Of a stretch of 38,266 nt of DNA, positions 1 to 7,677 are shown piece by piece. Made by a program: the position numbers and the translations under genes. Below the pieces are notes generated by a model. It saw nothing but the letters and a program-made list of their open reading frames with translations. It did not search any database and was not told where the DNA came from. Source of the stretch: Thiotrichaceae bacterium (lineage in GTDB: Bacteria; Pseudomonadota; Gammaproteobacteria; Thiotrichales; Thiotrichaceae); assembly GCA_036478935.1 (NCBI GenBank), contig JAZGES010000137.1, positions 1 to 38,266 on the forward strand, written 5' to 3'. How positions within the stretch are numbered: position 1 is the first letter of the stretch; every line of letters starts with the position of its first letter.

Positions 1-122
1 ACACATGGGATCAAGAAACTAAGGAGCACTGGATTAAAACAATGCAGGAGCATCAGGACGCTGATAGGTTAGTACAAGGCCGGTGGTTTAAAAATGGTAG
101 AGGATGTTTTTTTGGCTGTGCT
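1..122. repeat. Terminal duplication, copy 1 (identical to 38145..38266); unit length 38144 bp
   Basis: Base-by-base comparison of the two window ends; constant offset of 38144. Confidence 0.95.
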
Positions 123-617
123 ATGCAAACTGATGAAAATGCTTTGCCTAAAGCAATTGCAAAAATGAAATTACCAGCTCAATTAGTTTATCTGGCTGAG
201 CAAATATTCGAAAGACTACCCCAAAAAGAGGCTTTAAAATTTCCAGTTGAACTTTGCAAAGCCATACCCGTAAACGTTGATATTACTAATGTATTCCATC
301 AATTATCAATTTTACGCTTAAGACCGTTAGCTGAAAAAAACCCAGCAGTCGCTAAAGAAATTAATGGAGTAATTAAATGTTGTGAATTAGCTATAGCTGG
401 CGGCATGCCTGATTGGGCAAGGGAAGCAAGGGCAGCAAGGGCAGCAAGGGCAGCAAGGGAAGCAAGGGCAGCAAGGGCAGCAGGGGAAGCATGGGCAGCA
501 TGGGAAGCAGGGGAAGCAGGGGAAGCAAGGGCAGCATGGGAAGCATGGGAAGCAGGGGCGGATTTCTGGGTAACAGAGCGCGACAATCTATTAAACGAAC
601 TTAGGAGTGCAGCATGA
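1..617 (+). CDS. Hypothetical protein, paralog A. It is 5'-partial at this end; the real ATG is at 38141 across the junction. The C-terminal part is an (Ala-[Arg/Gly/Trp]-[Ala/Glu]) x16 repeat
   Basis: The ORF continues from 38141 ([21 protein letters not shown]). It shares TW(D/N)QETK(E/D)HWI, LCKAIPV and a (D/Y)FW..R.NL C-terminus with 11654..12334. The TGA overlaps the next ATG (ATGA at 614). Confidence 0.85.
   Translation, partial: TWDQETKEHWIKTMQEHQDADRLVQGRWFKNGRGCFFGCAMQTDENALPKAIAKMKLPAQLVYLAEQIFERLPQKEALKFPVELCKAIPVNVDITNVFHQLSILRLRPLAEKNPAVAKEINGVIKCCELAIAGGMPDWAREARAARAARAAREARAARAAGEAWAAWEAGEAGEARAAWEAWEAGADFWVTERDNLLNELRSAA
417..560 (+). repeat. 16 tandem 9-bp units GCA-[A/G/T]GG-G[A/C]A, in frame inside paralog A
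   Basis: Units counted directly, starting every 9 nt from 417 to 552. Only unit positions 4 and 8 vary, plus the final base of the last unit. Confidence 0.95.
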
Positions 618-904
618 ACACATGGACAACGACCAGGCCGACTAAGGCTGGATATTACTGCGTTAAACGTAAAAAACTAATAACAGATGACATGTGGATT
701 CATTTTCATGATGACGATACATGGATTCATTTTAATAAAAATTGGCTTAATATTACTCTCAATATAGTTAAAACATGGCCTGATGATGTCGAATATCGTA
801 TTGCAGATCGTGTTGAGTTTGCTGCATTTTTTAATGACCAGTCTGTCTCAGTAAAACCAACCTACTCAGGCAATCTACTAGGCCTGGTGTTTAAGGAGGG
901 GTGA
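614..904 (+). CDS. Hypothetical protein (96 aa)
   Basis: ORF with an ATGA start overlap upstream and a TGATG overlap downstream, indicating translational coupling. Confidence 0.7.
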   Translation: MNTWTTTRPTKAGYYCVKRKKLITDDMWIHFHDDDTWIHFNKNWLNITLNIVKTWPDDVEYRIADRVEFAAFFNDQSVSVKPTYSGNLLGLVFKEG

Positions 905-1257
905 TGAAAAAATCATTAGCAGATAGGATTATTGAGACAATAGAAACACATCCAGAATTATGCAAAGTGGGATCATATGTTTTCCGTATAGGTAAAATTA
1001 ACCTTTGGATAGCTAACGGTTGTGAATATTTAGAACCTTATAATTGTAAAATTCCTGAAGATTTATTCACATTTTGGGAGCGCAGAAAAATATGGAAATC
1101 TTATAAAATGTGGCTTAAATACGATTGGCATTTTGAGATTAATGAGGAGAATATGGAAGATGCCCGCCAAGCAGACAAAGTGGCTAAAGCGATTAGAGAT
1201 GGTAAGGAAAAAACATATTCATCAGAGGATGTGCGCAGACTGATTGAGGAGGAGTAA
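904..1257 (+). CDS. Hypothetical protein, paralog of 3890..4171
   Basis: The ATG at 904 follows a GGAGG box. It shares the pattern I.TI..HP..CK ... LEPY ... P ... Y..WLK with the minus-strand ORF at 3890..4171. Confidence 0.75.
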   Translation: MKKSLADRIIETIETHPELCKVGSYVFRIGKINLWIANGCEYLEPYNCKIPEDLFTFWERRKIWKSYKMWLKYDWHFEINEENMEDARQADKVAKAIRDGKEKTYSSEDVRRLIEEE

Positions 1258-1268
1258 TGATAAATAGC

Positions 1269-1296
1269 TTTACTTTCTTGCTAGTTGTTCTATAAT
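1269..1296 (+). promoter_or_regulatory. Sigma70-like promoter (TTTACT, 16 bp, TATAAT)
   Basis: Hexamers read directly from the sequence; it lies just after the stop at 1257. Confidence 0.45.
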
Positions 1297-1302
1297 TTTA
1301 GT

Positions 1303-1436
1303 CATAGGCGATTGGTGTCGTCTTTAGAAAGTTTAAATGGTGTGTAGGGTTATTCAGTAACAGAGTTCAGAGGCTATTTTTGCACACCTTTGAACGCCTA
1401 CACCACCTGGGCTTTGTTACTCAATAGCCCTTTTTT
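1303..1436 (+). ncRNA. Candidate structured small RNA or leader (promoter to terminator, about 130 nt)
   Basis: No ORF is present. A 10-bp helix pairs 1339..1348 with 1397..1407 (one bulge). An intrinsic terminator lies at 1409..1436. Bases 1322..1331 are perfectly complementary to 1453..1462. Confidence 0.4.
1409..1436 (+). terminator. Rho-independent terminator (GGGCTTTG / CAA-T-AGCCC followed by T6)
   Basis: Stem-loop plus a TTTTTT run read directly from the sequence. Confidence 0.55.
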
Positions 1437-1741
1437 ATGCGTTAAATAATACCTTTCTAAAGCAACCTCCTCCTATCTAAGTTCATTAGATGCAGTAACA
1501 ATTTACACTTAGTAAAAAAACGAAATTGATACCAAACGCTTGGCTCTAACTTCCCCCTGTTAACCAAGGCACTTTAATGGCGCAATTTATTGTGGCCTGC
1601 TTTGCATAGTTGGACTGTCAAAGGTTCGTGTAAAGTCTCTAGCAATAGAGAGGTGTGGATCAGCTACCAGTAAAGCCTTATGTAACCAAGGTGTGGATAG
1701 TGGGGGACCTGTGGTTAAGATTAAATAAAGGAGCTGTAAAG

Positions 1742-1972
1742 ATGAAAGTTTTTCTAGTAACAAAATTACCGTCTCACAGAAGTGCTGCTATTTTAGGTAT
1801 TTTTGATAGTAAAGAAAAGGCAGATAATTGTATTAAAGCTGCGGGTGGTATTTATGATGAGATTAAAACTTTTTACACATCTACTATCCACACTACTGAT
1901 GAGCATCTAACAAGATATATTGTTGAGGAATTCGTTATTAACTCAGAGTATAAAGAATATGAACTGGATTAG
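1742..1972 (+). CDS. Hypothetical protein (76 aa)
   Basis: The ATG at 1742 is preceded by AAAGGAG. The longer track ORF (1655) has no RBS. Confidence 0.7.
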   Translation: MKVFLVTKLPSHRSAAILGIFDSKEKADNCIKAAGGIYDEIKTFYTSTIHTTDEHLTRYIVEEFVINSEYKEYELD

Positions 1973-2204
1973 CACAAGCGAGCGCATGCCTGAGAGTGGT
2001 GATAAAATCGTACTATGTTTCGGCAATGGTGTGATGATAATAGGAATGTATGGAGTCACGCACACACCTGTGATCGACAAAGATCACATTGACGGGGGGT
2101 ATCAACTAAAAGTTGGGTGCTGGTGTAATCGTGAAGGTGAACAAATTTATGGGCAAGGCGTAACCCACTGGATGCCGCTGCCTGATGCGCCAAGGAGTGA
2201 ATGA
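1959..2204 (+). CDS. DUF551-like phage protein
   Basis: MNWISTSERMPE at the N-terminus and THWMPLPDAP at the C-terminus, the signature pattern of DUF551. Confidence 0.7.
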   Translation: MNWISTSERMPESGDKIVLCFGNGVMIIGMYGVTHTPVIDKDHIDGGYQLKVGCWCNREGEQIYGQGVTHWMPLPDAPRSE

Positions 2205-2380
2205 TGGATAAAAAAAGTGAAGTACTTAAAATTCTTATGGATAACTTTTTTGCTAAGCCAATAGCAGATGCAAAGAGTTACAAAATATCAAAACCGTTAC
2301 CTCCACTAACTGTGCTTAAACTAGAGCAGGGTAATAGGCCGTATCTTAGAGCTAAGAAAGGGCGAAATGGTAACGCCTAA
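2204..2380 (+). CDS. Hypothetical small protein (58 aa; below the ORF-track cutoff)
   Basis: TGATG overlap with the upstream stop; open frame MDKKSEVLKILMDNFF...GRNGNA. Confidence 0.5.
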   Translation: MDKKSEVLKILMDNFFAKPIADAKSYKISKPLPPLTVLKLEQGNRPYLRAKKGRNGNA

Positions 2381-2406
2381 CCAATTTACCCACGCGGATG
2401 AAATGG
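2379..2406 (+). repeat. Intergenic motif AACCAATTTACCCRCSCGGATGAAATGG, copy 1
   Basis: 26 of 28 nt identical to 2910..2937. Both copies are followed by a G-rich stretch and TTAT..AAATCA. Confidence 0.85.
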
Positions 2407-2465
2407 CCCGAGTAGGTTTTTTATAAATCATAATAAGCTGCAACAACTTATTATAAAGGAGATTT

Positions 2466-2801
2466 ATGATGGATCGAAACAATGCGGAATGCCATGATTG
2501 TGGGAAAGTCTTTCATATTCTATTAGCGGGTGCATTGTGCATAAATTGTTTTAGAAAACTAAGCGAACCGCAAGGCTTGGGTGCGGATCGTGAAAGACGA
2601 TTTAAGGTAGTTATGGACAGAAGGGGATGCCAGAATCCGTATTATTCCCCATCGTTTTGCGGCAACTCGCAGACAGTAACAATGGTTAACGCTGATAATA
2701 CAGTTATCTATGATTTTAAAACGTGTGGCGTATGTCTTTGGAATGAACCGCGAATGGCAGATTTTTGGAATTGGCCTGATATTTACTTGAGGAGTGAGTG
2801 A
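2466..2801 (+). CDS. Hypothetical Cys-rich (zinc-ribbon-like) protein
   Basis: AAGGAG RBS; CHDCG...CINC and C..C pairs. Confidence 0.7.
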   Translation: MMDRNNAECHDCGKVFHILLAGALCINCFRKLSEPQGLGADRERRFKVVMDRRGCQNPYYSPSFCGNSQTVTMVNADNTVIYDFKTCGVCLWNEPRMADFWNWPDIYLRSE

Positions 2802-2872
2802 ACTCACTAGCACGGCGAATTAGGAGATGTAAGCTTTTTTCGCTAAGGCATGAAGTAAATCAAGGGTTTGCT

Positions 2873-2897
2873 GAACTATCCGATTTTTTCGGATAGT
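2873..2897 (+). other. Perfect 10-bp stem-loop AACTATCCGA-ttttt-TCGGATAGTT
   Basis: Read directly from the sequence; no T-tract follows on the plus strand. Confidence 0.6.
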
Positions 2898-2909
2898 TGA
2901 AACAACCGC

Positions 2910-2937
2910 AACCAATTTACCCGCCCGGATGAAATGG
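2910..2937 (+). repeat. Intergenic motif AACCAATTTACCCRCSCGGATGAAATGG, copy 2
   Basis: See the copy at 2379..2406. Confidence 0.85.
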
Positions 2938-3014
2938 TATGGGTGGTGGGGGATTATTTAAATCAAGGAACTTCCGTACCTAAATATTAAGACGGACAGG
3001 CTGTCCGCCTTAAA

Positions 3015-3045
3015 TTAAGGGTAAACAAACTTTACCCTTAATTAT
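3015..3045 (+). terminator. Stem-loop TTAAGGGTAAA-caaac-TTTACCCTTAA followed by TTATT
   Basis: An 11-bp perfect stem read directly. It is preceded by a shorter GGAC/GTCC hairpin at about 2993..3007. Confidence 0.55.
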
Positions 3046-3107
3046 TGACACAACAAGAAAAGTATGTTTCTATTCCACTACATTAAATGGTGAGACAATA
3101 AATTATT

Positions 3108-3830
3108 GTGGTTGATTTAATAGAAGTAAACAAAAAAGGCTTGTGGGTTGATAGCAGATTAGTTGCTAAGAAATTTGGAATGCAGCATAAGGATTTTGCA
3201 AACACAGCAAAAAAAGTAATAGATAAACTAGAAGGATTAAGTAGGGAATCCATCCCTACTAAATTCTATAAAGAATTGCGCCATTATCGAGGTACTGACT
3301 TTGAAGTCTACATGATGAGTCGGGAATTTTTCTCGTTAGTCTCAATGAGACTGACTAGCAAAAAAGCTTTTAAGTGGCAAGTAAAGTTCAATGATGCTTT
3401 TTATGCAATGGAAAGACGAATACTAACAGCAGACGTCAACGCTACCGATCTAGCATGGCTTAGCCAACGTAAACAAGGTAAAGCCGCTAGATTGGAAGAA
3501 ACGGACGTTGTGAAGGAGTTTGTTGAGTATGCCACTAAGCAGGGCAGCAAGTCGGCTAATTACTACTACATGCACATTACCAACACTACATATAAAGCAC
3601 TTAGCTTGATGACTCAAAGAAAGCCAAAGCTTAGGGACACTATGAATTTTTACGAGCTGGCTGAACTATTGCTAGCTGAACGTCTGGTCAGGGGTGCGCT
3701 TAAAAAGTATATGGCATTGGGCAGGAACTACAAAGACATCTACGACAGCGTAAAAGACGACCTCATCCAATTCGGCACGGGCCTCAGCCTAGGGCATAAC
3801 GAACAAGAGCCGATGGTACGAGCCTATTAA
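3108..3830 (+). CDS. Rha-family phage regulatory protein
   Basis: The N-terminus (VDSRLVAKKFGMQHKDFANTAKKVI) matches the Rha pattern (S.. +A..F.K.H..V.R.I). GTG start. Confidence 0.7.
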   Translation: MVDLIEVNKKGLWVDSRLVAKKFGMQHKDFANTAKKVIDKLEGLSRESIPTKFYKELRHYRGTDFEVYMMSREFFSLVSMRLTSKKAFKWQVKFNDAFYAMERRILTADVNATDLAWLSQRKQGKAARLEETDVVKEFVEYATKQGSKSANYYYMHITNTTYKALSLMTQRKPKLRDTMNFYELAELLLAERLVRGALKKYMALGRNYKDIYDSVKDDLIQFGTGLSLGHNEQEPMVRAY

Positions 3831-3889
3831 ATTCTTACCACCGGCGCTTGCTCTTGTGTCAAACGTGATGGATTGACTAAGCAAGTATA

Positions 3890-4171
3890 CTATTTCTTTG
3901 TACACTTAACACCCTGCGGTAAACATTCCTTTAATGCTGCATCAAAGCCCCTATCGTATACTTTAAGCCACTGCCTATATGCTTGATGTATCCTGACAAG
4001 CTCCTTTCTTGTAAATGGAAGCGGTTTATCGTAAGGCTCTAAACACATAAAACCCGGCAAATCCCCCGCTGTAAAAGTATAGTTTGCTACGGTGAATAAA
4101 TTTCTTTCTAGTTTGCATATATGCGGATGGTCGTTAATGGTTTTAATTAGCTTATCGATTAAGTATTCCAT
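3890..4171 (-). CDS. Hypothetical protein, paralog of 904..1257
   Basis: The ATG at 4171 lies 8 nt after GGAGG. It shares the HP..CK / LEPY / Y..WLK motifs. Confidence 0.75.
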   Translation of the reverse strand: MEYLIDKLIKTINDHPHICKLERNLFTVANYTFTAGDLPGFMCLEPYDKPLPFTRKELVRIHQAYRQWLKVYDRGFDAALKECLPQGVKCTKK

Positions 4172-4174
4172 CAA

Positions 4175-4375
4175 TTAATCCTCCCCCAACTCGATAAACG
4201 CGGATACTTTATAGCCAAATGAATCAGCTACGATCTTAAGCATTCTTTGTGAGCTGCTATTTCTTACTGCCCATGCGGTCATATTTTCTCTGCTTGTGTC
4301 GATCCTGTTCGCTGCCTCACTTAGCGTTATGCCTTCCTTAAGCGCAGCCATTTTGATTGATTTAAATATATTCAT
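4175..4375 (-). CDS. Small HTH DNA-binding protein (Cro/CI-like, 66 aa)
   Basis: ATG at 4375 with an AAAGGTGG RBS. The segment ITLSEAANRIDTSRENMTAW is HTH-like. The gene is divergent from the recombination operon. Confidence 0.7.
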   Translation of the reverse strand: MNIFKSIKMAALKEGITLSEAANRIDTSRENMTAWAVRNSSSQRMLKIVADSFGYKVSAFIELGED

Positions 4376-4392
4376 ACAGCCACCTTTATTTA

Positions 4393-4450
4393 CATTATGT
4401 ATATAATAGCACAATCTTTGTAAAAGAAGTATTTGCATTATGTGTATAAT
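4393..4450 (+). promoter_or_regulatory. Divergent control region with two direct copies of CATTATGT(A/G)TATAAT
   Basis: Copies at 4393..4407 and 4436..4450, each containing a TATAAT hexamer. The region lies between the divergent genes at 4375 (-) and 4499 (+). Confidence 0.5.
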
Positions 4451-4498
4451 TAGGTATTATACTCTTTCGTTATAAGTAAAGATTAAAAGGAACAAAGG

Positions 4499-5422
4499 AT
4501 GCAAGGGATTATTACAGAATCAAATGAGCTATCTATTAAGTTGCGAGAACCTTTTGATTCAGACGACACTGAATGGAGAGTCCAAAGGGCTGGATTGTAT
4601 TCTAATAATACAAAAGCTTGGCTTATGGCTGTCTGCTACGTAACTAATAGAGCAATACAACAACGGTTGGACGATGTTGTTGGGTTCGGCAATTGGCGCA
4701 ATGAATATAATCAATCAATCAAAGATGGGTTCTTGTGCGGGCTATCTATAAAGATAGATGGCGAATGGATTACAAAATGGGATGGGGCAGAGTGTACTGA
4801 AATAGAGCCATTGAAAGGTGGGTTATCAAATTCAATGAAGAGGTCTGCTGTTCAGTGGGGGATTGGTAGATATTTATATAATTTGGACGTTGGATTCGCT
4901 TCTTGTGAAATAATTAATAACAGGAAAGACAGCAAAGATAATCATCATTATTTCAAAAAGGAAAAAATAGACATTAATTGGAAACCTCCTCTGTTGCCTG
5001 GATGGGCTTTGCCTGGCGCTTATGTTAATGATTACTCAAAAAACATGAAGTTATCTGATAGTGTTAGTCAATTAAAAGAACATTTCAAACGTGCATATCT
5101 ATACGCCAAATCATTCGGCAGAGTTGATCTATCTGATAGATTTAAAAAAGAATACGATGAATTAAAATATAAACTAGAACTCTATGCTAAAGATGTCGCT
5201 GAGACTGAATATAAGCACGTAGAAGAATGGTTGCAGCAAGAGATTAATACACTGGCACTAATAAAAGAATCAAACAGCGTTGACAGGCTATGTAGAACGT
5301 TTAAAGATGGATTAGATAAAAAGGTTGAAGATCAATTCTTTAATAAAAAGCCACTGTATGAAAAATTATCACTAGCGAGACAAGATCGGATCAATGAAAT
5401 AAAAAAGGAGATGGATCAATGA
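4499..5422 (+). CDS. Rad52/Rad22-family single-strand annealing protein
   Basis: The motifs EWRVQRAG, YVTNRAIQQRLDDVVGFGNW and SNSMKRSAVQWGIGRYLY resemble Rad52/Sak/DdrA-type proteins. Confidence 0.75.
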   Translation: MQGIITESNELSIKLREPFDSDDTEWRVQRAGLYSNNTKAWLMAVCYVTNRAIQQRLDDVVGFGNWRNEYNQSIKDGFLCGLSIKIDGEWITKWDGAECTEIEPLKGGLSNSMKRSAVQWGIGRYLYNLDVGFASCEIINNRKDSKDNHHYFKKEKIDINWKPPLLPGWALPGAYVNDYSKNMKLSDSVSQLKEHFKRAYLYAKSFGRVDLSDRFKKEYDELKYKLELYAKDVAETEYKHVEEWLQQEINTLALIKESNSVDRLCRTFKDGLDKKVEDQFFNKKPLYEKLSLARQDRINEIKKEMDQ

Positions 5423-6180
5423 AAGAGCTAGCAAAGATAGTATTTGAGGAATCACTAACAGAGCAAGGATTAAAAGACCTTGAAAGTAAATATCCAGCTA
5501 ATCAAGTTATTGATATGTCTGATAATGATGAGTTTAAAAAGGCACGTAAAATACGTACTGAAAAAAATAAACTTGTGGATGCTATCAAGCGCAGGAGGAT
5601 TGACGTAATAACAGAAATAAATATAGCAGGTAAAGAACTGTCAAATAAAGTTGAAAATATTTATGCTATTTATATTGATCCTTTTGAGCTTGAAGATAAG
5701 AAACGAAAAGAAGAATCGGAAAGAAAGGCGCAAGAGCTAGAAAACTATCTATCAAAACAACGCGTAGAAATATCAGGAATGCGGACACTGGCGGCTGATT
5801 GTCAGTCCAAAACTTCTGCAGAAATATCTATTTGTATAGATGCTATAACCAATATCGACTGCAAAATATTTCACAAAAAAATAATACACGAAGCAATCGA
5901 CACAAAAGAAAGTGTCTTGAAAGATCTTGGATTGATACTTGCTAACAAAATTGCTTTTGAAACATCAGAAAAGCAACGTAAAAAGCTTGAGGATAAGCTA
6001 GCAAAATACAAAGATCCAGTTGCCGAACCTGTGCTTTATAAAAATAGTTCAGAACTACAAACTACTAAACAAATAACTGATCACTTTGACCAAGAACTGC
6101 AAATTTGGGGAACAAAAAACAAAGTAGATGATAAGGCAATGATTGACTTAATTTCACTTGTTATTAAACATTTTAAATAA
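5419..6180 (+). CDS. Coiled-coil protein, possibly a DUF1351-like recombination accessory protein
   Basis: ATGA overlap with the SSAP gene. The protein is Lys/Glu-rich and lies next to the SSAP. The family assignment is tentative. Confidence 0.6.
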   Translation: MKELAKIVFEESLTEQGLKDLESKYPANQVIDMSDNDEFKKARKIRTEKNKLVDAIKRRRIDVITEINIAGKELSNKVENIYAIYIDPFELEDKKRKEESERKAQELENYLSKQRVEISGMRTLAADCQSKTSAEISICIDAITNIDCKIFHKKIIHEAIDTKESVLKDLGLILANKIAFETSEKQRKKLEDKLAKYKDPVAEPVLYKNSSELQTTKQITDHFDQELQIWGTKNKVDDKAMIDLISLVIKHFK

Positions 6181-6190
6181 GGAAATAGTA

Positions 6191-6376
6191 ATGTTAATTC
6201 TAACTCGCCGTGTTGGTGAAACATTAACGATTGGTGATGATATCACTGTAACTGTATTGAGTGTAAATGGCAGACAAGCGCGTATCGGCATTGATGCTCC
6301 TAAGGATGTACCTGTACACCGTGAAGAGATTTACCAGCGTATTAGAGATGATAAAGAAAATATAGGTAATAAATAA
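6191..6376 (+). CDS. csrA: CsrA/RsmA-family carbon storage regulator (61 aa)
   Basis: The matches [20 protein letters not shown] and [10 protein letters not shown] are near-identical to enterobacterial CsrA as recalled. AAGGA RBS. Confidence 0.9.
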   Translation: MLILTRRVGETLTIGDDITVTVLSVNGRQARIGIDAPKDVPVHREEIYQRIRDDKENIGNK

Positions 6377-6555
6377 TGCATGCTATTGATAGCGCTGAAG
6401 TAGTATGGAATAAGGCAATAGAGATTACTGAGCGGTTGCTTGATGATCCTGACACTAATATTAAGACATTGCGTATTGCCAATAAAAAACAAGAACAAGC
6501 ACTCGCTGCATGGGGTAATGAACTGGATAAATTACAAAGGGGTTGTGATGAGTAA
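6376..6555 (+). CDS. Hypothetical small protein (59 aa; below the ORF-track cutoff)
   Basis: TAATG overlap with the csrA stop. The ORF ends 8 nt inside ssb. Confidence 0.45.
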   Translation: MHAIDSAEVVWNKAIEITERLLDDPDTNIKTLRIANKKQEQALAAWGNELDKLQRGCDE

Positions 6556-7006
6556 AGGAATAAATAAGGTCATAATTATTGGTACATGCTGCGGTAAACC
6601 AGAGTTAACCGCTCTACCTAGCGGCAACCATGTAGTTAATTTAAGCCTGGCTACTAATGAAACTTGGACTGATAAACAGACAAATCAGAAGCAAGAACGT
6701 ACCGAATTTCACCGCGTTGTTATCTTTGGAAAGATTGCAGGTGTAGCAGAACAGTACTTAGATAAAGGGTCTCAAGTATATATTGAAGGTCGACTACAAA
6801 CTCGCAAGTGGCAGGATAAAGAAACTGGTAAGGACCGCTATGTAACTGAGATTATTGTTGATGCAGGAGGCGGTAAAATGCAGATGTTAGGAGGGAAAAG
6901 CAATGCTAGTTCAAACCAAAATGTTCAACAACCTAAGCAAGCTCCTCAGCAAAGCTATCAAAAGGCTACCGTTGGTGACATGCCTGATGAACAAATTCCC
7001 TTTTAA
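6548..7006 (+). CDS. ssb: Single-stranded DNA-binding protein
   Basis: GINKVIIIG start, an OB-fold core ([28 protein letters not shown]), a Gln-rich linker and an acidic tail ending DEQIPF. ATG at 6548 with an AAGGGG RBS. Confidence 0.9.
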   Translation: MSKGINKVIIIGTCCGKPELTALPSGNHVVNLSLATNETWTDKQTNQKQERTEFHRVVIFGKIAGVAEQYLDKGSQVYIEGRLQTRKWQDKETGKDRYVTEIIVDAGGGKMQMLGGKSNASSNQNVQQPKQAPQQSYQKATVGDMPDEQIPF

Positions 7007-7266
7007 TGCGCGATCGTTCTACTACTGCTAGTTTTATTGAACAAGCAATCAAAAAACGTGGTGATAAATTTGACTATTCAAAGGTCGAATATACAAGCTC
7101 AAGGAAAAAAGTAAAAATCACATGTAAGAAGCATTTAATTGAGTTTATGCAATTACCGTATGCCCATTTGACGGGGTATAACGGATGCAGGTTATGCCAA
7201 AAACGTCCAAGAAAAGACCAATTAAAGTTAAAACATGATAACTTTCTATCTATGAAGTGGGTATAA
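7006..7266 (+). CDS. Hypothetical protein resembling the N-terminal module of homing-endonuclease-type proteins, with no nuclease domain
   Basis: The pattern RGDKFDYSKVEY....KV.I.C..H..F.Q.P..HL.G..GC..C is recalled from GIY-YIG and related endonucleases. Confidence 0.55.
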   Translation: MRDRSTTASFIEQAIKKRGDKFDYSKVEYTSSRKKVKITCKKHLIEFMQLPYAHLTGYNGCRLCQKRPRKDQLKLKHDNFLSMKWV

Positions 7267-7446
7267 ATGTCCATCAAAATAACCATGCAGCATGCACACG
7301 GTAAGCTAGAGCCGGTAACTGACTACGATCGTGGGGAAATGAGCAATCTAGTTTACAAAGTAGCCTGGGATTTTGTACTAAGCAAGCCGTTTAAAACTCA
7401 AGAAGAAGCAGAGCAAGTAGCACTTCAAATGTGTGCAATGACTTGA
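7267..7446 (+). CDS. Hypothetical small protein (59 aa) ending EEAEQVALQMCAMT
   Basis: The ATG directly follows the previous TAA. Its C-terminal coding segment is repeated at 8005..8055. Confidence 0.55.
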   Translation: MSIKITMQHAHGKLEPVTDYDRGEMSNLVYKVAWDFVLSKPFKTQEEAEQVALQMCAMT

Positions 7447-7499
7447 TAGCAATATGCAATTTTTGCACATTGGTGTAGTTAAATACTAAGGATAACGGG

Positions 7500-7676
7500 A
7501 TGGTAACTAAAATTCAATACGAAGAAGCTGTAAATGCAATTGAAGATATGAAAGGAATTTGTCCCCCTCAGCCGCATCATCTTGACTATCGAGAAAGAAT
7601 GGATGAGTTAAAGTTGCAATTGAGAATAATTGATGTGTATGAGGAGAAAAATCATGCTCTAAAAAAGGAGGAATAA
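7500..7676 (+). CDS. Hypothetical small protein (58 aa)
   Basis: AAGGA RBS 8 nt upstream; the stop lies 1 nt before the next ATG. Confidence 0.55.
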   Translation: MVTKIQYEEAVNAIEDMKGICPPQPHHLDYRERMDELKLQLRIIDVYEEKNHALKKEE

Positions 7677-7677
7677 C

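Noticed and set aside
417-560. A diversity-generating retroelement (DGR) as the explanation for variation at adenine positions in the repeat
   Set aside because: No reverse transcriptase gene is present, and there is no separate template/variable repeat pair or IMH-like element anywhere in the genome. The variation is between tandem units, not between a TR and a VR.
299-604. ORFs 299..586 (-) and 413..604 (+), which overlap the repeat region
   Set aside because: They are shadow frames kept open by the 9-bp GC-rich tandem repeat. They translate to monotonous Ala/Ser or Gly/Ser/Lys strings and lack ribosome-binding sites. The plus frame starting at 38141 has paralog support.
1655-7006. N-terminally extended ORF-track models (1655, 1920, 4438, 6158, 6440; likewise 11648, 33019, 33226, 34890, 37808)
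   Set aside because: The extensions begin at TTG or other upstream codons without ribosome-binding sites. Internal ATGs preceded by AGGAG-like boxes match the known N-termini (CsrA MLILTRR, SSB, DUF551), so the shorter models were used.
2559-7286. Antisense ORFs 2559..2813 (-) and 7074..7286 (-); likewise 33063..33287 (-), 36226..36471 (+) and 37325..37600 (+)
   Set aside because: Each is embedded opposite a better-supported gene, lacks an RBS and gives a low-complexity translation.
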